A DNA stretch of 64,000 nucleotides from an uncultured Acidobacteriota bacterium (GTDB taxonomy: Bacteria; Actinomycetota; Acidimicrobiia; Spongiisociales; ZC4RG35): NCBI GenBank assembly GCA_963837055.1, contig CAWILU010000003.1, positions 2,563 through 66,562 on the forward strand, read 5' to 3'. Shown here piece by piece: positions 54,176 to 64,000 of this stretch. Within the stretch, counting starts at the first letter, position 1. Each line of letters opens with the position of its first letter. The position numbers and the translations under genes were made by a program. The notes beneath the pieces were generated by a model. That model did not search any database and had not been told where the DNA came from. It saw only the letters and a list, made by a program, of their open reading frames with translations.

Positions 54176-55158
54176 TACCCATACCAGCGGCACAACGCCA
54201 CGGTCAGCCGCTCCAAGGTCACACGGTGCACCTCTTCCGGCTGGGACTTGATCACCCGATCTGCCCGAACCAGGGCCTCCTGAGCCCGACGCAGAGATGA
54301 TTCCCTGACCCGTCCCCGCTGGGACCAAAACCGCGCCGCCCCCCGATCGGCCGTGCCGGCGGCGACCCAGCTTTTGAAGGTTGGCTCGTCTGGTGCCGCC
54401 GCGGCCAGCGCCCGTTTCTTGAGATCAGACTCGACGGCGGCGAGGAAGACCAAAGGGTGCCCGTGGACCAGGAAATCCGAGAGCCGGCGCAGGGCCTCGC
54501 CGACGTCACCTTTCGAGATGGCGTCGGTGATGAGAAAGGTCGGCTCGTCGGGGCGGTTCTTGAACCGGTCGAGCACCATCTCCTTGGTGATCTTCCCGCT
54601 CGCCTCTTCGAGCTGGTCGAGCGCCTGGCCCATAGCCGCGGTGTCGGTGCCGAATTTCTGGAGGATGGCCTTGGCCGCGCCTTTCTCGAACACCAGGCCC
54701 CGGTCCCGGACTTCGGCTTCGAGCCATTGCAGTGCCTGGCGCTCCCACATCTTCTTCACCGACTGGGAGCTCCCCAGACTCTTGATGAGAGACGACAGCG
54801 ACCGGGGCAGGGCGCCAGCGGCGAGGATCACCACCTCGATCGAGGAGAGGTCCGCAGTCTTGATCAGCTCCTCCAGCACCGACCCTTCCGAAGCTTGGAG
54901 GTTCTGGGCATCCACCAGCTCGAGCCCCTGCGACTCGCCGAAGAGCGAGCCTGATTGAAGGAGAGGGATTGCCGGCTCCAGCTCGGTCCGCAGTGCGCCC
55001 TCCCCTTCCTCTCCCGCTCCGCGGCCCGGCACGTCGACTCTGATCACCTGGCTCCGCTCCAGACCGGCTCGGGCGAAATACTGAGCCGCACCGTCGAGCA
55101 TCTGTTGCCGCTCGCCGGGCCCCGCGTTCGCCGGCGCCGAGATCAGGAGCAATGCCAT
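54175..55158 (-). CDS. holA: DNA polymerase III delta subunit
   Basis: SLFGE motif, 327 aa, conserved comEC-holA-rpsT position. Confidence 0.8.
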   Translation of the reverse strand: MALLLISAPANAGPGERQQMLDGAAQYFARAGLERSQVIRVDVPGRGAGEEGEGALRTELEPAIPLLQSGSLFGESQGLELVDAQNLQASEGSVLEELIKTADLSSIEVVILAAGALPRSLSSLIKSLGSSQSVKKMWERQALQWLEAEVRDRGLVFEKGAAKAILQKFGTDTAAMGQALDQLEEASGKITKEMVLDRFKNRPDEPTFLITDAISKGDVGEALRRLSDFLVHGHPLVFLAAVESDLKKRALAAAAPDEPTFKSWVAAGTADRGAARFWSQRGRVRESSLRRAQEALVRADRVIKSQPEEVHRVTLERLTVALCRWYG

Positions 55159-55331
55159 GGCTAGACCGTAATCAGGTGCACGGATATTTCAGCAGGGCGG
55201 CAGCCCCGCCGAACAGACTCATTGCCGACCGACTTCGCCCCTCGGCAACCATCATCCATGCGCAGCTCCCATCTATCCATCACCCGCACCTCAGGGCGAA
55301 CAGACGCCGGTCGGCCGGGGCTTCCGCCTCG

Positions 55332-56126
55332 TCAACCCCTCCCGAACAGCCGCACCAGGTCGCAGGCGACTGCCACGTCGTGGACCCGGATGATGTCGGC
55401 CTGATGCTCGACGGCGAGGGTGATGTAGGCAACGACGCGATCGAAGTCCCGCTTCCGTGGGATCGGGATGAGGATCGGCTTGCCCAAAGCGCGCAGATGC
55501 TCACTATCAGCGATCACCTGGATTTGCATCCGGGTATAGGCCTCGTAGTCGCCCCGGTAGTTGAGCGCGATGCCCGGGTCGAGAATGACGTTGTCGATCC
55601 CCAGCTCACCGAGCTCGGCCAGCAGGGACTGAAAGGCCGATGCGGTGTGAGCGGCCTTGTCTTCCCTGATCTCGATCTCTCCGACCTCGTGCGGGTTTTG
55701 ACCCTCCACGTACACCGCAACCGCGGCTACACCGGTCTGGGCGACGAGCTGGCGCATCTCGGTGTCGGCCAAACCGCCCGTGTCATTGATGATCACCGCC
55801 CCGGCGTCGATGGCGGCGCCGGCCACATCTGCTTTCCAGGTGTCGATCGCGACCAGATGTCCCTCTGCCGCCAAGGCCTCGATCACCGGTACCACCCGAG
55901 CGATTTCGTCCGAGGCCTCGATCGTCGGGTTGTCCAGATGCGAGGACTGCCCGCCGATGTCGATCATGGTCGCCCCCCATGACCGATATCTCTCGGCCAT
56001 CAACAATGCCTCGTCGACAGAGCGAGCCAGGGTGTGGACATTCTTGGAATCGGGCGAGACGTTGATGACACCCATGACGTAGGTGGTCTCGCCCAAAGGG
56101 AGCTGTGCGATGCCCAGGTCCAGCAC
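55332..56126 (-). CDS. Dihydropteroate synthase-like pterin-binding enzyme (divergent)
   Basis: VMGVINVSPDS, IDIGG, IDT, IINDTGG, ILDPG, RK, RVHDV. Confidence 0.85.
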   Translation of the reverse strand: MLDLGIAQLPLGETTYVMGVINVSPDSKNVHTLARSVDEALLMAERYRSWGATMIDIGGQSSHLDNPTIEASDEIARVVPVIEALAAEGHLVAIDTWKADVAGAAIDAGAVIINDTGGLADTEMRQLVAQTGVAAVAVYVEGQNPHEVGEIEIREDKAAHTASAFQSLLAELGELGIDNVILDPGIALNYRGDYEAYTRMQIQVIADSEHLRALGKPILIPIPRKRDFDRVVAYITLAVEHQADIIRVHDVAVACDLVRLFGRG

Positions 56127-56144
56127 GGGTCAAGTCTCCCATCT

Positions 56145-58221
56145 TCAGCCGAGGGGCACCACGACATCGCCGGACACATCGGTGCGGGCAACAGTGGACC
56201 CGCTCTCCTCGAGGGTCGAGATCACCCAGCCGACGGGATGCCCGAAGTCGTTGTCCCCGACCGAGATGACGGCCAGGTCGGCCCCGATCCCCTCGAGCCA
56301 TTCGGGCCTCGAGGTGGCCGCACCGTGGTGCGGCACCTTGAGAACGTCCGCCCTGAGATGTGCCAGATCCGCCTGGGCGTATCCCTCGATATCACCCGCC
56401 AGCAGCATGCTTCTCGACCCGTCGGTCACCGAAAGAACGATGGACTCGTCATTCGACGAGGCATATTTCCGAACCGGGCCCTCCACGACGATTGTCAACT
56501 GGCCGAGTCGAAACCGGTCGCCTTTGACTGGCGCCACGACCGGCATCCCACCCCGTGACCACAGCTCGGACAACTCGGTCGATACCGACGTCTGGTGAGC
56601 TTCAAGCCGAGCCCATACCTCGCCGATAGGGATTCGGCCGGCGAGGACACCGAGCCCTCAGCGCGTGATCGGCGTGCGCGTGGGTCAGCACGACCAGATC
56701 GAGCCGTCTGACCCCGTATTGGTGGAGATTCTCCAAGAGCGCGACCGGATCGGGCCCGCCGTCGACAAGTGCGAGACGCCCCCCACCGCCAGAGATGAGG
56801 ATCGCGTCTCCCTGCCCGACGTCGAGGACCACGACACCTGGGTCGGGCAGGCCTCGCATCGGGCCAAGGACGGAGATCGTTACCAAGGCTGCCGCCAGCA
56901 GACCGAGGACGGTCCGCATCCTCGGCCATGACAGATACAGCAATCCCCCGGCCAGAATCGTACCCAGCCCCAACCATCCCACCTGCGGCCAGCCCGAAGC
57001 ACTTCGAGCGATCTCGAGCACCACCTCGGCCAGCCACGCTCCCAGGTCAACGATCGCGTTAGGCCCGAGCACCCCGACGACCCCAAGGACGGTCGAAAAG
57101 GCCACGAGAGGCGCCGCCACCAGATTGGCGAGAGGCGACAGCAGCGGGAGAAGGCCGAAATGGACAAGGAGGAGCGGAGCCACTGCGATCTGGGCGCCGG
57201 CGGTCACCATCAGTGCACGCGCCAGCCTGCCACGAGAGACCGGCCATCGGGCGCCAACAATGACACCGGCGGTGGCGGCGACCGACAACTGGAAGCCTGG
57301 ATCCCGCACGAGACCCGGATCGAACAGCAACAACCCGACCACGGCTGCGGAAAACACCTGCCAGGTCTCCATGACGAGACCGATCAGCCGCCCGCACAGC
57401 ACTAGACCGGCCATGGTCGAAGCGCGGACTACCGAGGGTTCGAACCTGGTAGCAGCGGCGAATATCGGCAGACCGAGTAGCCCCAGGACTGCGCGACGAC
57501 GAGGCCCTACCCCAAGTGGCCCTGCCGCCACGAAGAGCAGGGCGAGGAAGAGGGCGACGTTCGACCCACTCACCGCAGTGAAGTGAGACAGACCGGCCCG
57601 TCTCATCGCCGACTGGTCGACGTCGCCCACCCCGCTGGTGTCCCCGACCAAGAACCCGGCCAAGAGTGCCCTTCCTCCCTCCAGCGGCATGAGACGCTCG
57701 ATCACCCGGTCACGGATCGAGTTTCCGACGGCGAGGACTGGGGAGCCGGGCCCGTCCAGACGACGGAAGACACGGACGTCGATCGTGCCTCGGTGCGGCT
57801 CCTCTCGAACTGTGCCCGGCTCACCGATCACGCTTCCTTCGATCCGCACCCTGTCGCCGCGGGAGGCATCCGCCTGCGCGGGGAGATTCGCCAGAACCGG
57901 GCCCGCCCCGGTTTCGACCAGCGCGTACGGCCCGTACCTCCCCTCAACGATGTCACCGGCCATGATCCCGTCGAGCTCGATCCGCCCAGACGGCAGGGGC
58001 TCCAAAGAACTCACGCTGAACGACGCGGCCACCGCGACTAGGGCTACCAACAGGGCCGCCAGTGGCCGATGAGTGACGGCCAACACGAGGACGATCAGGC
58101 CGGCGAAGATCAGGCCCGTGCCGGGCCAGGCTCCGACATAGGCGGCACAGACAACCGATCCTGAGCACAGCAGCCAGGGCCGGGAGACGGGCGGGACCGT
58201 GACCGTATGCGCGAATGTCAA
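56145..58221 (-). CDS. comEC: Competence protein ComEC/Rec2 (frameshift near 56660)
   Basis: HFTAVSGSNV, GFQLS, LDVGQGDA, THAHADH, KVPHHG, ISVG.N.FGHP. Confidence 0.93.
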
Positions 58222-58772
58222 GGGACGACGATCAGGTCCCTCATCGACGCCAATTTGGCCTCGCCTATCCCCGGGACCGAGAGCAGGTCCTCGACCGTTT
58301 CGAAGGGCCCGTTGGCCTCCCGATAGGCGACGATGCGCTCGGCCAGCACTGGGCCGACGCCGGGGAGATCCTCCAAAGTCGTGGCATCGGCCTGATTGAG
58401 CGAGATCAGACCACTCTCTTCCTGACCCGCCGCTCCGCTCATCGGCGAGTCATCCGGACCCGGTATCTGCACGTGATCCCCAGCGACCAGGGGCCGGGCC
58501 AGATTCACCGAGTCGAGCCGCGCCCCTTCCAGCGCACCGCCCGCTGCTGCAACCGAATCTGCGACGATGGCCCCGTCGGTCACCTCGACCACACCCGGGG
58601 CTGCCACCCAACCCGAAACGTAGACCGCGAAGACCGCCCGGTCGGCCGGAATGGCTCCCATGGTCGTCGATGGTGAATCGTCTGGAGGCCGGTCGCGCAC
58701 GGTGCCGAGTCCTGCCCCGATCAGCACGGCGGCGAGGCACAGACCCAACGTCATCGACTGTGATCGACTCAT
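58218..58772 (-). CDS. comEA: Competence protein ComEA
   Basis: SLBB domain, HhH LPGVGP...VPGIGE. Confidence 0.93.
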   Translation of the reverse strand: MSRSQSMTLGLCLAAVLIGAGLGTVRDRPPDDSPSTTMGAIPADRAVFAVYVSGWVAAPGVVEVTDGAIVADSVAAAGGALEGARLDSVNLARPLVAGDHVQIPGPDDSPMSGAAGQEESGLISLNQADATTLEDLPGVGPVLAERIVAYREANGPFETVEDLLSVPGIGEAKLASMRDLIVVP

Positions 58773-58849
58773 GGCTGCCTCTCACCCCCTCGGCCGCCTT
58801 CCCCCGTAGATACCAACCAGCAGGCGATGGGGGAAGAGAGTCGTAAGTA

Positions 58850-59671
58850 GTGTCGGAAACCGTGCTCGACACCACCCCGTATCTGGTCACTCCCGGGACA
58901 GAGGCGAACCTCGGGTCACGCGATCCCCGATCCAACGCAGGCTTCGACGGCGGAAAGGTCGAAGGGAAGGCCGCGCTGCGGCCGCTCAACGCGAGACTCG
59001 CCGAGTTGCAGAGCCGTCTCTGGGCGGAGTCGAAGCAGAAGCTATTGGTGGTGCTCCAGGCGATGGACACGGGTGGCAAGGATGGGACGATTCGCAGCGT
59101 CTTCAAAGGGGTCAACCCACAGGGAGTCCGGGTGTGGGGCTTTGGGGTACCGACCGATTGGGAGCTCGCCCACGATTACCTCTGGCGCATCCACCTCAGG
59201 ACTCCCGAAAACGGAGGGATCGCCATATTCAACCGATCGCACTACGAGGACGTGCTCGTGGTGCGCGTTAAGGGGCTGGCGCCCGAAGAGCGGTGGCGCA
59301 AGCGTTACGGCCACATCGTCGAATTCGAGCGGCTCTTGGCCGACGAAGGCACCGCTGTGGTCAAGCTGTTCCTGCACATCTCGAAGGGGGAGCAGAAGGC
59401 GCGTCTCGAAGCAAGGCTCCAGGAGCCGGACAAACGCTGGAAGTTCAACGAAGGCGATCTAGAGGATCGCAAGCAGTGGAATGACTTTGCTCTCGCCTAC
59501 GAGGAGGCTCTCAGCCAGACCTCGACCGGGCACGCTCCTTGGTATGTGGTCCCGGCCGACCGGAAGTGGTATCGAAACCTGGTTGTCGCTTCGATCCTCA
59601 TCGAGACGCTGGAGAACATGGACCCCCGATTCCCGCCCGAGCCGGATCTGGAGGGCATCGTCATCGAGTAG
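58850..59671 (+). CDS. ppk2: Polyphosphate kinase 2 family (class III-like)
   Basis: QAMDTGGKDG, HDYLWR, FNRSHYEDVL, PADRKWYRN. Confidence 0.92.
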   Translation: MSETVLDTTPYLVTPGTEANLGSRDPRSNAGFDGGKVEGKAALRPLNARLAELQSRLWAESKQKLLVVLQAMDTGGKDGTIRSVFKGVNPQGVRVWGFGVPTDWELAHDYLWRIHLRTPENGGIAIFNRSHYEDVLVVRVKGLAPEERWRKRYGHIVEFERLLADEGTAVVKLFLHISKGEQKARLEARLQEPDKRWKFNEGDLEDRKQWNDFALAYEEALSQTSTGHAPWYVVPADRKWYRNLVVASILIETLENMDPRFPPEPDLEGIVIE

Positions 59672-59677
59672 CGACCC

Positions 59678-60067
59678 TCAAACGAGGAGCCGCTCGGCCG
59701 CACGCGCCTCCACCTCGAGCGGGATGGCCAGATAGGCGGCGTGGTGGCCAAGGCCTTGCCACCGCCCACGCAAGTATCCAGACACATACCGCCACAGGAA
59801 ACGCAGGATGCCCAGCTCGCCCCATTGACGGACATGCACCAGCTCGTGCACGAGGATGAGAGGGCGACCCTGCATCTTCGTCATCAGCTTCGGGTCCAAG
59901 AAGATGGTTCTGCTGAGCGTCATGGCAGTGATGCCCGGGCCCCAGAATCGTCGCATCAGCTTTGGGGCGGTACGAACACGGACCGAGTCGGGCTCTACCG
60001 GATCGATGAGCAGGCGAACGCGGAGAGAATCGATACCTCCGGCTCGCAGCATCTGGCCGGCGTTCAC
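59678..60067 (-). CDS. Small HExxH protein (DUF4157-like)
   Basis: AMTLSRTIF, VHELVHVRQW, PLEVEA. Confidence 0.65.
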   Translation of the reverse strand: MNAGQMLRAGGIDSLRVRLLIDPVEPDSVRVRTAPKLMRRFWGPGITAMTLSRTIFLDPKLMTKMQGRPLILVHELVHVRQWGELGILRFLWRYVSGYLRGRWQGLGHHAAYLAIPLEVEARAAERLLV

Positions 60068-62487
60068 CCCAGGACGAAGTTGATCACATTGGGCGGCCGG
60101 GCGATCACTTTGCTCACGGTTGCGCCGTCGATCCAGCCCTGAACCTTGTCCGATCCAAGTGCCACGCGCTCTGCATCCTCTGGACTGATATCGGCCGGCA
60201 CGTCCACGCGATCACGGACCTTCCCGTCGACCTGCACCACCATCGTCACCGTCGACTCGGCAGCGAGAGCCTGGTCCCATTCCGGCCAAGGCTCCTTGGC
60301 CAGCATGGTTCCCATCCCCCGCAGCTCCCACAGCTCATGAGCCACATGAGGCGCGGCCGGAGCGAGCATCAGCAGCATTGTTCGGTAGGCCTCGTCGAAT
60401 GTCTTCTCGACCGGAGAGCCCGCCAGGTACTCCTGGAACGCATTCGCCAGCGACATGAGGGAGGAGACGGTGGTGTTGAAGTGGAACCGGTCTATGTCCT
60501 CGGTGACCCGCTTCAGGGTGCGGTGGGTTTCGGCTATGAGCTGAGCATCGGCCTCGTTGGGCTCCCGGTCGACGAAGGCATGCTTGGTGACGCCCATCTT
60601 CCAAACCCGGTCGAGGAATCTCTTGGTGCCGGGGACCCCTGAGTCGTTCCAAACCGCATCGTCGGTAGGTGGGCCCACGAACAGCTCGAACAGACGCAGT
60701 GCGTCGGCGCCATAGCTCTCGTAGTAGTGGTCGGGGGTCACCACGTTGCCCTTGGACTTGGACATCTTGGCGCTGTCCTTCACCATCATCCCCTGGGTGA
60801 ACATCCGGGTGAACGGCTCCTCCACCGGGCTCAACCCGATGTCGTGGAGGAATTTGGTGATGAACCGGGCGTAGAGCAGGTGGAGGATGGCGTGCTCGAT
60901 GCCGCCGATGTACTGATCGAGGGGCATCCAGTACGCCGCCTTGTCCCGATCGAAGATGGCCTCTTCGTTGTGCGGGTCGGTGTATCTGAAGTAGTACCAG
61001 GAGGAGTCGACGAAGGTATCCATGGTGTCGGTCTCTCGTCTGGCCTTGCCACCGCATCGTGGGCAGTTGGTGACGACCCATTCCTCAACCGCGGCCAACG
61101 GCGACTGGCCTTTCGGGGCGTAGTCCTCGACTTCCGGCAAGGTCACCGGCAGTTGTTCGCGTGGGACGGGCACCAAACCGCACTCGGGGCACTCGACCAT
61201 GGGAATCGGACACCCCCAGTAGCGCTGTCTCGAGATCAGCCAATCGCGCAGGCGGTACTGGATCGCTCGTTCCCCAATCCCCTGTTCCTCCAGCCAGGCG
61301 AGGATCCGGTCTTTGGCCCCGGCTCGATCGAGACCGTCGAGGAACCCCGAGTTGATGGTCTGCCCGTCGCCGAGATAGGCCTCGCCCTGCCAGTCCTCTT
61401 CGGGCGCCACGGTGCGGATGATGTCGAGACCGTATCGGGTGGCGAAATCCCAGTCCCGCTGGTCCTGTCCCGGGACTGCCATGATCGCCCCGGTCCCGTA
61501 ACCCATGAGCACGTAATCGGCGATATAGATGGGCACCGGTTGCTCGTTGACCGGGTTAATGGCGAATCTCCCGGTGAATACCCCGGTCTTGTCACCTTCC
61601 GCCAGACGCTCGATCTCGGATTGGCGGGCGGCTCCGGCGACGTACTCCCTCACCTCTTCTTCGTTCGGGCTGCCCTCGATGAGACGTTCCACCAGCGGGT
61701 GCTCGGGTGCCAGGACGCAGAACGTCATGCCGAAGATCGTGTCCGGCCGCGTGGTGAAGACCTCGAAGGAAGCGCCAATGTCCTCTACTGCGATGCTGAA
61801 GCGAGCGCCCTCCGATCGACCTATCCAGTTCCGTTGCATGGTGCGGACTCGGTCGGGCCATTCATCCAGCGTGTCGATGTCATCGAGGAGTCGGTCGGAG
61901 TACTCGGTGATCTTGAAGAACCACTGCGCCAGGTTCCGCCTCTCGACCAGCGTCCCGCATCGTTCGCAGGCTCCGTCCACCACCTGCTCATTGGCGAGGA
62001 CAGTCTGATCTTTGGGGCACCAGTTGACCGGGGCTTCTGCCTTGTAGGCCAGACCGCGGTCGTAGAGCTCGAGGAACAGCCACTGGTCCCACCGGTAGTA
62101 AGCGGGATCGTGGCTGGCCAGCTCCCGGCTCCAGTCGAACGCCGCTCCTAGCTGGCGGAAGTGCTCCTTCATTCGGGCGATCTGGTCGAGGACGCTGACC
62201 CGTGGCGGGATGCCTGTCTCGATGGCCCGATTCTCGGCAGGTAGCCCGAAACTGTCCCAGCCCATGGGGCTGAGCACGTTGAAGCCCTGCATCATCTTGT
62301 ACCGGGTGATGAGGTCTATGTAGGTGTAGTTGCGGATGTGCCCGACGTGGAGCTCACCCGACGGGTAGGGATACATGGCCACGCTGTAGAACTTGGGCCG
62401 TGTCGGGTCCTCAGTGGTGTGAAACACACCCTCGGACTCCCAGCGGTCCTGCCATTTCGCCTCGATCGCCTTGTGGTCGTAAGACAT
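60064..62487 (-). CDS. leuS: Leucyl-tRNA synthetase
   Basis: MSYDHKAIEAKWQ start, PYPSGELHVGH, TTRPDT, KMSKSKGN. Confidence 0.97.
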   Translation of the reverse strand: MSYDHKAIEAKWQDRWESEGVFHTTEDPTRPKFYSVAMYPYPSGELHVGHIRNYTYIDLITRYKMMQGFNVLSPMGWDSFGLPAENRAIETGIPPRVSVLDQIARMKEHFRQLGAAFDWSRELASHDPAYYRWDQWLFLELYDRGLAYKAEAPVNWCPKDQTVLANEQVVDGACERCGTLVERRNLAQWFFKITEYSDRLLDDIDTLDEWPDRVRTMQRNWIGRSEGARFSIAVEDIGASFEVFTTRPDTIFGMTFCVLAPEHPLVERLIEGSPNEEEVREYVAGAARQSEIERLAEGDKTGVFTGRFAINPVNEQPVPIYIADYVLMGYGTGAIMAVPGQDQRDWDFATRYGLDIIRTVAPEEDWQGEAYLGDGQTINSGFLDGLDRAGAKDRILAWLEEQGIGERAIQYRLRDWLISRQRYWGCPIPMVECPECGLVPVPREQLPVTLPEVEDYAPKGQSPLAAVEEWVVTNCPRCGGKARRETDTMDTFVDSSWYYFRYTDPHNEEAIFDRDKAAYWMPLDQYIGGIEHAILHLLYARFITKFLHDIGLSPVEEPFTRMFTQGMMVKDSAKMSKSKGNVVTPDHYYESYGADALRLFELFVGPPTDDAVWNDSGVPGTKRFLDRVWKMGVTKHAFVDREPNEADAQLIAETHRTLKRVTEDIDRFHFNTTVSSLMSLANAFQEYLAGSPVEKTFDEAYRTMLLMLAPAAPHVAHELWELRGMGTMLAKEPWPEWDQALAAESTVTMVVQVDGKVRDRVDVPADISPEDAERVALGSDKVQGWIDGATVSKVIARPPNVINFVLG

Positions 62488-62510
62488 CGGAGTCAAGGGT
62501 AAATGGGTTC

Positions 62511-62545
62511 TGAGTGGTGGGTGGTGAGTCATGAGTGGTGAGTGG
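62511..62545. repeat. Heptamer tandem repeat (TGAGTGG-like x5)
   Basis: TGAGTGG TGGGTGG TGAGTCA TGAGTGG TGAGTGG. Confidence 0.75.
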
Positions 62546-62646
62546 GCTGGACTTGCGCGCGCCACGTTCGAAACCGGTACCGTGGTCGTCGTCGCGGGGT
62601 TGGCTCGCCTTCGCCGCGACCTGACCCAACAAGGGAGGAAGAAAAT

Positions 62647-64000
62647 ATGAAACGAATGCGCTGGTTGGCGCTCGTTGCAGTACTCGCTCTCATTGCCGGC
62701 GCCTGCGCCAGCGAGAGCGGCGACGACACGTCGACCACCGCGGGTGGTGACACGACGACGAGTGCCGCTGCCGAGGGCTCGACCACATCGGCCGAGACCG
62801 AGGAGCCGTCGGAACTGCTCACCCTCGATTCGGGAGGCTGTGATTACGGGGGCAAGATCAACAAGATCGAAGCCACCTCGGCGTCCGAGGTGGTGTTCAC
62901 CCTCTGCGCAGCAGACCCGGCATTCCTGGTGAAGATTGCGTTCGTCCCGTTCTCTATCCAGCCATCCGAACACCTCGAGGCCACCGCCGGCTCTCCCCTG
63001 GAGAACCCGGTGGGCACAGGCCCGTTCATGCTCCCCGAAGGGGGCTGGACCCGTGGCTCCCAAATCGTGTTCGAGGCGAACCCCGACTACTGGGGCGAGG
63101 CTCCGGCGTTCGACACACTCGTGTTCCAGTGGCGTGAGGACAGCACCGCGCGGATCACAGAGCTGGTGTCGGGCAACGCAGACTTCATCACCAACCTGGC
63201 GGCGAGTGACTACGCCGGCATCGAGGGTGACGCCAATCTGCAACTGCTCGTCGACAACAACCCGAACGTGTTCTACATGGGGTTCAACAACCAGTTCCCG
63301 CCGTTCGACAACCCGCTGGTGCGGCAGGCGATCGCGCTGGGCGTCGACCGGCAGAGGATCATCGATACCTTCTACCCTGAGGGTTCGGAAGTGGCTACCC
63401 ACTTCGCACCATGCATCCTGGAGAACGCCTGTGAAGGCGATCCGTTCCCTGACTTCGACCCCGAAGCAGCACGGGCGCTCCTCGCTGAGGCCGGGTTCCC
63501 CGATGGGTTCGACACCACCATCTCGCTTCGTGATGTGTTCCGGGTCTATCTCCCCGAGCCGACGGCGGTGGCCGAGGACATCCGGGCCCAATTGGCGGAG
63601 AACCTCGGGATCAATGCCACCATCGAGGTGATGGAGTCGGCCGCTTACATCGAGGCGACAGCCGCCGGCCAGGTGGAGGGAATCCACCTCCTCGGCTGGG
63701 GCGCCGACTACCCGCACGTGACCAACTTCATCGACTACCACTTCGGTGGGATCAACGTCCAGTTCGGTGAGATGAACCAGGAAATCGTGGACGCTGTCAT
63801 CGAAGGATCAGGGACGGTGGACCCTGCGGCGGCACAGCCAATCTACGCGCAGATCAACGGTCTGCTCGTAGAAGACGTGCCGATGGTCCCGGTCGCCTGG
63901 GGAGCTTCGGCCAACGCCGGGCTCGCCACATTGGAGGGTGCGGTGACCCCGCCATTCGGTGCGCCACAATTCAACTCTGATGAATCCGGGCGACACCGAC
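62647..64000 (+). CDS. Peptide/nickel ABC substrate-binding lipoprotein (family 5), partial
   Basis: GGGAGG RBS, lipobox AGAC, PVGTGPF, NPDYWG, PFDNPLVRQAIA, FDPEAARALLAEAG. Confidence 0.9.
   Translation, partial: MKRMRWLALVAVLALIAGACASESGDDTSTTAGGDTTTSAAAEGSTTSAETEEPSELLTLDSGGCDYGGKINKIEATSASEVVFTLCAADPAFLVKIAFVPFSIQPSEHLEATAGSPLENPVGTGPFMLPEGGWTRGSQIVFEANPDYWGEAPAFDTLVFQWREDSTARITELVSGNADFITNLAASDYAGIEGDANLQLLVDNNPNVFYMGFNNQFPPFDNPLVRQAIALGVDRQRIIDTFYPEGSEVATHFAPCILENACEGDPFPDFDPEAARALLAEAGFPDGFDTTISLRDVFRVYLPEPTAVAEDIRAQLAENLGINATIEVMESAAYIEATAAGQVEGIHLLGWGADYPHVTNFIDYHFGGINVQFGEMNQEIVDAVIEGSGTVDPAAAQPIYAQINGLLVEDVPMVPVAWGASANAGLATLEGAVTPPFGAPQFNSDESGRHR

Noticed and set aside
62488-63741. 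1225-aa LeuRS with a long N-terminal extension
   Set aside because: The extension is the stop-free antisense frame of the SBP gene; the true start is MSYDHK at 62487.
1-64000. CRISPR array, rRNA, transposase, integrase, prophage or defence genes
   Set aside because: No repeat-spacer pattern or characteristic motifs were seen.

Overview
High-GC bacterial chromosome segment; gene content (homodimeric GlyRS, hrcA-dnaJ without dnaK, BldD-like regulator, DUF4032, MsiK-like ATPase) suggests an actinobacterium, probably Acidimicrobiia (inference). 0-19 kb: sugar utilisation region with a GH1, two paralogous CUT1 ABC transporters sharing one ATPase, ROK repressor and kinases, GH3, NagA and an SIS deaminase. 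19-28 kb: ilvBN-leuABCD operon and a chorismate mutase-prephenate dehydratase-DAHP synthase fusion. These carry three leader peptides that the ORF track misses (Val/Leu/Ile, Leu, Phe/Tyr), each with a visible RNA switch. 30-34.5 kb: accessory block (arsR/arsM, EamA) and a ~0.94 kb integrase-less element bounded by a 47-bp tRNA-Asn direct repeat. 34.6-64 kb: housekeeping block (rpoD, dnaG, glyQS, uppS, recO, era, ybeY, 7TM-HD, phoH, bldD-like, rsmE, dnaJ, hrcA, hemW, lepA, rpsT, holA, folP-like, comEC/EA, ppk2, leuS) ending in an apparently permuted family-5 solute-binding protein. Many single-base frameshifts, including one in essential dnaG, look like long-read errors rather than pseudogenes. 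All calls come from reading the sequence; no database search was run.
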